Origin: a bacterium | GTDB taxonomy: Bacteria; Electryoneota; Electryoneia; Electryoneales; Electryoneaceae | DNA length: 64,000 bases | Assembly (NCBI GenBank): GCA_963675295.2 | Contig: CAXXKJ010000002.1 | Coordinates: forward strand, 2,176,001-2,240,000 | Direction: 5' to 3' | Part shown: in pieces, positions 57,536-64,000 of the stretch | Numbering within the stretch: the first letter of the stretch is position 1 | Layout of the letters: every line of letters begins with the position of its first letter | Notes under the pieces: generated by a model | The model's database searches: none | What the model saw: the letters and a program-made list of their open reading frames with translations, nothing else | Told to the model about the DNA's origin: nothing | Position numbers and translations under genes: made by a program

Positions 57536-59245
57536 ATGAAGAACCTCGCCCTGATTCTCGTGATCGCCCTCGCCATCTATGGCTGCGCGCAAACCGGTCC
57601 GCCTGATGGAGGCCCGGAGGATAAGACTCCGCCGTTGCTTCTCGAGACCATCCCCGCGCAGGGTAGCACGAATGTCGACACCTCGACCACGATCACGCTG
57701 ATCTTCGACGAAGCGGTGAGCCAATCGACCCTGCGCTCAGCGTTCGGCCTCTCTCCTCCGCCGCCGGGAGTGGTGCGCGCGGAGTGGTCCGGCAACAAGG
57801 AAGTCGAGCTCCGGTTCGAGCCCGGCCTGAAACCGGACCGTACCTACGCGCTGACCATCGGGACGCAACTTTCCGACGAGAACCGTAATCAACTCGACGA
57901 CACCATCGTACTCGCGTTTTCCACCGGCGACTCGCTCGACACTGGCTGGCTGCGAGGCCTGCTGGTCACCGATGGTGAGTTGGTCGGCTGGAACATCGCC
58001 GGCTACCACCTCGCGGACAGCACCATCGTCCCGGACCCCTCCGTGGATGTTCCGGACGCGACCACGCAAACCGGCAAGGACGGATCGTGGCAGTTGTCCA
58101 ACCTTCGTGTCGGGCAGTGGCGGGTGTTCGCGTTCAAGGACACCGACGCCGACCGCCTGTGGACTCCGTGGCTCGACCAGCTGGCAGTGCCGCCGTATGA
58201 CGTTCAGGCCGCGCCGGACAGCACCACGCAACCGCGTGAGCTGGTCATGCGCTCCTCGCAACCGATCTTGCTGCCGCAGCCGCAACGCGTCTCCGCCCTG
58301 CGCAAGGACTTTTTCCTGCTCAGGCTGGACCGGCAGCCGTTGAAGCTGGAAGCCGACTATTCACTGACCGAGCTTCCCGCTCCGGAAGAGGGCGATGCCT
58401 ACCCGGAAGACTGGGAGATCAACGAAGACGATTTCACCATCCCCGTGTTCAGCAGGAGCTTCAAACCCGGGGATTCGACCGTGGTCCAGCTCGGGTTGGA
58501 ACGTATACCGGAAGGCGATGCGACAGGATTGCGCATCTTCGGTTCCTTCGGCACTGTGGACACGCTCGACACCGTGCTCGCGGTTGATCTCGCGAACGCC
58601 GCGCTCGAGGACACGCTTTTTCCGACACTGGTCAGCGTCGAACCCGAGGACCGGGCTAGGATGCATCTCGGCCAGCCGCATATCAGGTTCACCTTCAGTG
58701 AGCCGGTACGCTACACCGATTCCACCGGTCTGCGGCTGCTGAAAGGGACAGAGGACACGCTGTACCCATCCGTCTCACGTCCGTACCCGAACCGCCTGGC
58801 CTTCTCCATCGCCGATACCACCTCCGGCGGGAGTATCACGGTAGAACTTTTCGGGAGCAGCATTGCCGACCTTGCGGGGAATACCTTGCAGGACAGCGTG
58901 CTTACCTACCGCTACGCCTGGCTGCCACCCGATTCACTGGGCGTTGTCAGCGGAAGTGTAACCGCGCCCTCAGACGACGCGGTCGTCCATTTGATCTTCA
59001 ATGACGTCCTCGGCAAGCAATTGCCGATCAAGCTGAGCGTACCGGGCAGCTCCGACTTTACCGTGCCGAATGTCCCCGCTGGCAGCTGGCAGGTTGAAGG
59101 CTGGCAGGACGTATCCCGGACCCTCAAGTGGTTTCCGGGAACGGCGGTACCGTTTGCACCCGCCGATCCGATGGTGGTGACACGGGACACGATCGACGTC
59201 CGCGCGCGTTGGGAAACGGGCGGAGTGGAAATTATATTCCCCTGA
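57536..59245 (+). CDS. Ig-like (Big_5) domain lipoprotein
   Basis: Lipobox YGC, P.GGPEDKTPP, FDEAV, FSTGDSLD, second Big_5 FSEPV. Confidence 0.82.
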   Translation: MKNLALILVIALAIYGCAQTGPPDGGPEDKTPPLLLETIPAQGSTNVDTSTTITLIFDEAVSQSTLRSAFGLSPPPPGVVRAEWSGNKEVELRFEPGLKPDRTYALTIGTQLSDENRNQLDDTIVLAFSTGDSLDTGWLRGLLVTDGELVGWNIAGYHLADSTIVPDPSVDVPDATTQTGKDGSWQLSNLRVGQWRVFAFKDTDADRLWTPWLDQLAVPPYDVQAAPDSTTQPRELVMRSSQPILLPQPQRVSALRKDFFLLRLDRQPLKLEADYSLTELPAPEEGDAYPEDWEINEDDFTIPVFSRSFKPGDSTVVQLGLERIPEGDATGLRIFGSFGTVDTLDTVLAVDLANAALEDTLFPTLVSVEPEDRARMHLGQPHIRFTFSEPVRYTDSTGLRLLKGTEDTLYPSVSRPYPNRLAFSIADTTSGGSITVELFGSSIADLAGNTLQDSVLTYRYAWLPPDSLGVVSGSVTAPSDDAVVHLIFNDVLGKQLPIKLSVPGSSDFTVPNVPAGSWQVEGWQDVSRTLKWFPGTAVPFAPADPMVVTRDTIDVRARWETGGVEIIFP

Positions 59246-59279
59246 AATCCTAAACGTTGCTAAGAACGGGAGATACTCG

Positions 59280-60335
59280 ATGGTTTATGCGGTGATCATG
59301 GCCGGCGGAAAGGGAACACGTTTCTGGCCGGTTTCCACACCGGAACGTCCCAAACAGCTGCTGCGTCTGTTTGACGAACGCACGATGATCGAACAAACGG
59401 TCCACCGGCTCGAACCGTTTATCCCGGCGAACCAGCAGCACATTGTCACCATCGAGGAGCAGATCGAAGAGTTCGCGCGCCAGGTCCCTGACCTGGACCG
59501 CAACTCTTTTATCACCGAACCGTTCGCACGCAACACCGGCCCGGCGATTGGCCTCTCCGCCGTGCACCTGCTGAAGAAAGACCCGGACGCGATCATGGTC
59601 GTGCTGCCCGCCGACCATCGCATCGAGGACAAGGACGCCTTCCAGAACACTCTGCGCACTGCGGTCGGGTTCGTCGAGGAGTCGGACGGTATCGTCACCA
59701 TCGGGATTCAGCCGACGAGGCCGGAAACCGGCTACGGCTACATCCAGTATGAGCGCGACGATTTCCGCCCCGGTGTCCACCGTGTCGTTACCTTCGCGGA
59801 AAAGCCGAACCGCGAGACCGCGATCCGCTTCATCGAGACCGGCGAATTCCTCTGGAATTCGGGCATGTTCATCTGGTCCGCGCAGCGCATCCTCTCGGAA
59901 ATCGAGGAACATACGCCCGAGCTGTACGCCGCGCTGATGGAGATTTCGGACGCGCTTGACACCGACGATCCGAAAGAACGGGTCGTTCGGGCTTACCAGA
60001 GCATCAAGCCGATCTCGATTGACTACGGCGTGATGGAGAAGACGCGCAACGCGTACGTCGTCCCCGCCAGTTTCGGCTGGAGCGACATCGGCAGCTGGGA
60101 AGAAGTCTACCAGATGGATACCAAGGACACCTCGGGCAATGTGCGCCAGGGTCCGGTGGTGATCCTCGATACGCAGAACTCGTATGTTGTTTCACGCACC
60201 AAACTCCCGCTGGCCGTGATCGGCATGGAGAATGTGGTCGTCGTCCACACGGAAGAGGGCACCCTCGTCTGCCCCCGGGACCGGCTGCAGGATGTCCGTG
60301 AGGCGGCGGAGTTGGTGCAGAAACGGAAGCTGTAG
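59280..60335 (+). CDS. manC: Mannose-1-phosphate guanylyltransferase
   Basis: MAGGKGTRFWP, PKQ, EPFARNT, LPADH, ETGYGYI, WNSGMF, SIDYGVMEK, WSDIGSW. Confidence 0.93.
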   Translation: MVYAVIMAGGKGTRFWPVSTPERPKQLLRLFDERTMIEQTVHRLEPFIPANQQHIVTIEEQIEEFARQVPDLDRNSFITEPFARNTGPAIGLSAVHLLKKDPDAIMVVLPADHRIEDKDAFQNTLRTAVGFVEESDGIVTIGIQPTRPETGYGYIQYERDDFRPGVHRVVTFAEKPNRETAIRFIETGEFLWNSGMFIWSAQRILSEIEEHTPELYAALMEISDALDTDDPKERVVRAYQSIKPISIDYGVMEKTRNAYVVPASFGWSDIGSWEEVYQMDTKDTSGNVRQGPVVILDTQNSYVVSRTKLPLAVIGMENVVVVHTEEGTLVCPRDRLQDVREAAELVQKRKL

Positions 60336-60337
60336 GC

Positions 60338-60622
60338 GTGGAAGCGTCCGGCAGTCATGGAGCCCGGCCACGCCGTCAGGAGATGTACGACCAGTTGCTG
60401 GAAGTCGCCCGGCGGTACTTTGAACGAGTCGAGGAGGAGTCCGGCGATTTCCGCGGCGGGGTTTGCCGCGTGCGGAATGAACGGTACCTTGTGCTCAACC
60501 GGCAGGCGAAACTCGAACGGCGGCTGAGGACGGTCGCCACGGCACTCGCCTCGCTGGATCTTGACCAGCAATACCTGCTTCCGGCTGTACGGGAAGCGAT
60601 CGACCGATATTCGGAACAGTAG
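60338..60622 (+). CDS. Conserved hypothetical protein
   Basis: GDFRGGVC...YLLPAVREAI; fills gap in operon; start may be ATG 60383. Confidence 0.65.
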   Translation: MEASGSHGARPRRQEMYDQLLEVARRYFERVEEESGDFRGGVCRVRNERYLVLNRQAKLERRLRTVATALASLDLDQQYLLPAVREAIDRYSEQ

Positions 60623-60645
60623 TCCACCCGTGAGGGGGAGGAGAG

Positions 60646-61347
60646 ATGGAGCGGAAGTTCGATCGGACGGACGAGCTGAAACTGCTGCGCAGCGTCCCAC
60701 TGTATTACGATCTCGACGAAAAAGACCTCGAGCGCATCGCCGGCCTGATGGTCCTGAAGAAATATGGCAAGGATGAGATGATCATCTTTGAGGATGATCT
60801 CGGCCGCAACATGTTCGTGATCAAGAAGGGACGCGTTAAAATCAGCGGCGTCTCCAACGAAGGCGACGAGGCCATCTTCTCGATCTTCAGCGAAGGCGAT
60901 TTCTTCGGCGAGTTGTCGATCATTGACGGCCTCCCGCGCAGCGCGACCGCGACCGCCATTGACGACGTCGAGCTCTGGGTGCTCAACCGTGGCGATTTCC
61001 TCTCGCTGCTCGAATCCTACCCGCAGGTGGCGATCACGTTGCTCAAGGAGCTGGCCGAACGCCTGCGCCGCAGCGACAGCCAGATCAAGGCGTTGACGCT
61101 CAAGGACGCACGCGGCCGTGTCGGCTCGACCCTGGTCCGCCTCGCCGAGGATATCGGCATCGTCCGTGGCGGCAAAGTGGTGCTGGAAGGAATACCCTTG
61201 CAACGCGACATGGCCTCCATCGCTGGCACCAGTCGCGAGACCATCAGCCGCGTCATCAAGCGCTTCGAGGATGAGGGCCTGATGATCAAGGTCGAAAGCA
61301 GCATCGTGTTCAACGATTTCGATGCCTTCAAACAACAGTTTGCCTGA
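60646..61347 (+). CDS. Crp/Fnr family transcriptional regulator
   Basis: FFGELS...PRSATA cNMP pocket; GTSRETISR HTH. Confidence 0.93.
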   Translation: MERKFDRTDELKLLRSVPLYYDLDEKDLERIAGLMVLKKYGKDEMIIFEDDLGRNMFVIKKGRVKISGVSNEGDEAIFSIFSEGDFFGELSIIDGLPRSATATAIDDVELWVLNRGDFLSLLESYPQVAITLLKELAERLRRSDSQIKALTLKDARGRVGSTLVRLAEDIGIVRGGKVVLEGIPLQRDMASIAGTSRETISRVIKRFEDEGLMIKVESSIVFNDFDAFKQQFA

Positions 61348-61367
61348 GAAAATAAAATCGGACATCG

Positions 61368-62372
61368 ATGTCCGATTTAAAGATTCGCATGCCGAAATAC
61401 GAAGATTCACACCTGCTGGAGGCGTTTCGTCAGGGACACCGTCCCGCCCTCGCACGGATGCTGACCCGGGTGGAAAACCAGCACCCGACGACCACGACTC
61501 TGTTGGATCAACTGTATCCCTCCACCGGCGATGCCTGGCGCATCGGGGTCACCGGCCCGCCCGGTGCCGGCAAGAGTACGCTCGTCAATCAACTCGTGAC
61601 CAATTACCGCAAGTCGGACGATCAGGTTGGCGTCATCGCCTTCGATCCGACCAGCCCGTTTACCGGCGGCGCACTGCTCGGTGACCGTGTCCGCATGGAA
61701 TCCATTGGCATGGACCCGGGCGTGTTCATCCGCTCGATGGCCACTCGTGGCCATCTCGGCGGCCTCGCGGTCGGCGTGGATGAGGCTTGCGACCTGTTCG
61801 ACGCGTTCGGTAACTCGAAAATCCTGGTTGAAACCGTCGGCGTCGGCCAGTCGGAGCTGGAGGTCGCAAACGCCACGGATACGACGTTGGTCGTGATCGT
61901 GCCGCAGTCCGGCGATTCGATCCAGGCGATGAAAGCCGGCTTGATGGAAATTGCGGACATTTTTGTGTTGAATAAGTCCGACCGTGACGGGGCCGAGGAC
62001 GCTTACCGGGAACTCGTCAGCATTATCAGCATGAAGGAAATGGAGGATGGGTGGCGCGCGCCGGTGTTGATGACGGCGGCGAACAAGGGCGACGGCATCG
62101 CGGAATTGTCCGGGATGATCGCCAGCCACCGCAAGCATCTGGTCGAAACCGGCCGTCTCGAACAGCGCCGCCGGAAGCGCGCTGTCGCCAAGACACGGCG
62201 CTTGATCGAGGACGAGCTGAGCAAAAAACTGTGGACCGAGGACCGGGCAGCGCAGACTGAGAGTGGAATTGCGCAAGGGGAAAGCCCGTACACGATGTCC
62301 CAGCGGCTGATCGCAGATTTCTACGAGGAGTTGCGCCGTGAGCAAGAACGCAGCGAAAACGAACGGACATAA
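61368..62372 (+). CDS. meaB: Methylmalonyl-CoA mutase-associated GTPase
   Basis: GPPGAGKST, DPTSPFTGGALLGDRVRM, ETVGVGQSE, NKSD. Confidence 0.93.
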   Translation: MSDLKIRMPKYEDSHLLEAFRQGHRPALARMLTRVENQHPTTTTLLDQLYPSTGDAWRIGVTGPPGAGKSTLVNQLVTNYRKSDDQVGVIAFDPTSPFTGGALLGDRVRMESIGMDPGVFIRSMATRGHLGGLAVGVDEACDLFDAFGNSKILVETVGVGQSELEVANATDTTLVVIVPQSGDSIQAMKAGLMEIADIFVLNKSDRDGAEDAYRELVSIISMKEMEDGWRAPVLMTAANKGDGIAELSGMIASHRKHLVETGRLEQRRRKRAVAKTRRLIEDELSKKLWTEDRAAQTESGIAQGESPYTMSQRLIADFYEELRREQERSENERT

Positions 62373-64000
62373 CGGATACTCGCCCGAAGGCGGCAGCTAC
62401 GCCGACGACCGCAAGCGGTGGGAGGAGCAGGTTTACAAGCCGCGCGGCAAGTTCCGCAAAGACAATATCGCGTTCACGACCGTCTCCTCGGCCGAGGTGC
62501 CGCACATCGTCGGCCCGGAATACTTCGAGCAGACCGGCTGGGACCCGAAGGAAAAGCTCGGCTGGCCGGGCGAATACCCGTTCACGCGTGGTGTCCACCC
62601 GACTCTCTATCGTGGTAAACTCTGGACCATGCGCCAGTTCGCCGGGTTCGGCACTCCGCGCGAGACCAACGAACGCTACAAGTACTTGCTCGAAAACGGC
62701 CAGACCGGCCTCTCCGTCGCCTTTGACCTGCCCACGTTGATGGGGCATGACGCCGATGAACCGCTCAGCCTCGGCGAAGTCGGTGTCTGCGGTGTTGCCG
62801 TCTCCTCCCGTGAGGACATGGACATCCTCTTCGACGGCATCGAGATGGACAAGGTCACCACCTCGATGACCATCAACGGCCCCGCCGCGATCATCTGGGC
62901 ATTCTTCATCGCCACCGCCGAACGCAAGGGTATTTCCCGCGACAAGCTCGCCGGCACCTTGCAGAACGACATCCTCAAAGAATTCATCGCGCAGAAGGAA
63001 TTCATCTTCCCGCCGGACCCGAGTGTCAAGCTGGTCGTTGACACCATCGAATTCGCGACCAACGAGATGCCGCTCTGGAATTCAGTGTCGGTCAGCGGTT
63101 ATCACATCCGTGAGGCCGGGTCCACCGCCGCGCAGGAGCTCGCGTTCACGCTGATGGACGGCTTCTGCTACACCGAAGAGGCGATCAAGCGTGGGCTCGA
63201 CATTGACGCTTTCGCGCCGCGAATCTCCCACTTCTTCAACAGCCACATCGATTTCTTCGAGGAGATTGGCAAGTTCCGCGCCGCGCGCCGGATCTATTCC
63301 GACCGTTTGCGCAACCGCTACAACGCGAAGAACGAACGTTCCTGGCTGCTTCGCTTCCACACCCAGACCGCAGGCTGCAGTTTGACCGCCCAGCAGCCGG
63401 AAAACAACATCGTCCGCACCGCAACCGAAGCCCTCGCCGGTGTTTTGGGTGGCACGCAGAGCCTGCACACGAACTCCATGGACGAAACCCTCGCGCTGCC
63501 CTCGGAAAAGGCGGTCACCATCGCCCTCCGCACCCAGCAGATCCTCGCGTATGAGACCGGTGTCGCCAACGTGATGGACCCGCTTGCCGGCAGTTATTAT
63601 GTCGAGTGGATGACCGACAAGCTGGAAAAGGAAGCGCAGGAGTACATTCAGCGGATCGAGGATATGGGCGGTGTTGTCGCTGGAATCGAGAACGGTTTCT
63701 TCCAGAAGGAAATCGCGAGGGCGGCGTACACGCACCAGCAGGAATTGGATCGCAAAGAACGCTTGATTGTCGGCGTTAACGCCTTCGAGAAAAAGAACGA
63801 AAAAATTGAAATTCCGATATTGAAGATCGGCAAGCACGTGCAACAAGAACAGATCCAGCGTCTGAAGGATCTTCGTGAACGCCGCGACAATACCAAGGTC
63901 GAGGAGACGCTGAAAGCGTTGCACACCGCGTGTGCAGATGGTGAAAACGTAATGCCTTACCTGATCGAATGCGCTCATGCGGATGTCACAATGGGCGAGA
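62338..64000 (+). CDS. Methylmalonyl-CoA mutase, substrate-binding large subunit, 3'-truncated by window edge
   Basis: Manual translation: PGEYPFTRG, WTMRQFAGFG, GLSVAFDLPT, GTLQNDILKE, SGYHIREAG, SLHTNS; GTG start with GAGGAG RBS; absent from ORF track because no stop in window. Confidence 0.92.
   Translation, partial: MSKNAAKTNGHNGYSPEGGSYADDRKRWEEQVYKPRGKFRKDNIAFTTVSSAEVPHIVGPEYFEQTGWDPKEKLGWPGEYPFTRGVHPTLYRGKLWTMRQFAGFGTPRETNERYKYLLENGQTGLSVAFDLPTLMGHDADEPLSLGEVGVCGVAVSSREDMDILFDGIEMDKVTTSMTINGPAAIIWAFFIATAERKGISRDKLAGTLQNDILKEFIAQKEFIFPPDPSVKLVVDTIEFATNEMPLWNSVSVSGYHIREAGSTAAQELAFTLMDGFCYTEEAIKRGLDIDAFAPRISHFFNSHIDFFEEIGKFRAARRIYSDRLRNRYNAKNERSWLLRFHTQTAGCSLTAQQPENNIVRTATEALAGVLGGTQSLHTNSMDETLALPSEKAVTIALRTQQILAYETGVANVMDPLAGSYYVEWMTDKLEKEAQEYIQRIEDMGGVVAGIENGFFQKEIARAAYTHQQELDRKERLIVGVNAFEKKNEKIEIPILKIGKHVQQEQIQRLKDLRERRDNTKVEETLKALHTACADGENVMPYLIECAHADVTMGE

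Overview
GC-rich bacterial chromosomal segment; the gene complement (bacillithiol operon, GlmU-like NTP_transf_4 protein, split methylmalonyl-CoA mutase with MeaB, short flagellins) suggests an FCB-superphylum-like lineage (inference only). Mostly housekeeping and envelope genes: rsmI, tsaD, pccB-like, eno, ftsB, dus, PMM/PGM, manC, meaB/mcm, hpnCD, bshABC plus a coupled methyltransferase, several peptidases and two flagellins. Less ordinary content: (i) two strongly AT-rich single-gene insertions either side of the carboxyltransferase gene, encoding an ATPase-wHTH protein and a metallophosphoesterase-STAND NTPase (candidate defence genes); (ii) an Rdx/SelW selenoprotein absent from the ORF track (CxxU, in-frame TGA, SECIS-like hairpin), coupled to an HU/IHF gene and followed by a PrxU-like peroxiredoxin; (iii) an intact IS1182 element inserted in a REP-like palindrome with a 16-bp duplication; (iv) at least five dispersed palindromic repeat families plus 7-mer/9-mer arrays stacked in intergenic clusters, with one palindrome in frame inside a CDS; (v) three tandem glycine-zipper micro-proteins. 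No rRNA, tRNA or CRISPR array was recognised. All calls are from motif recognition by eye; no searches were run.
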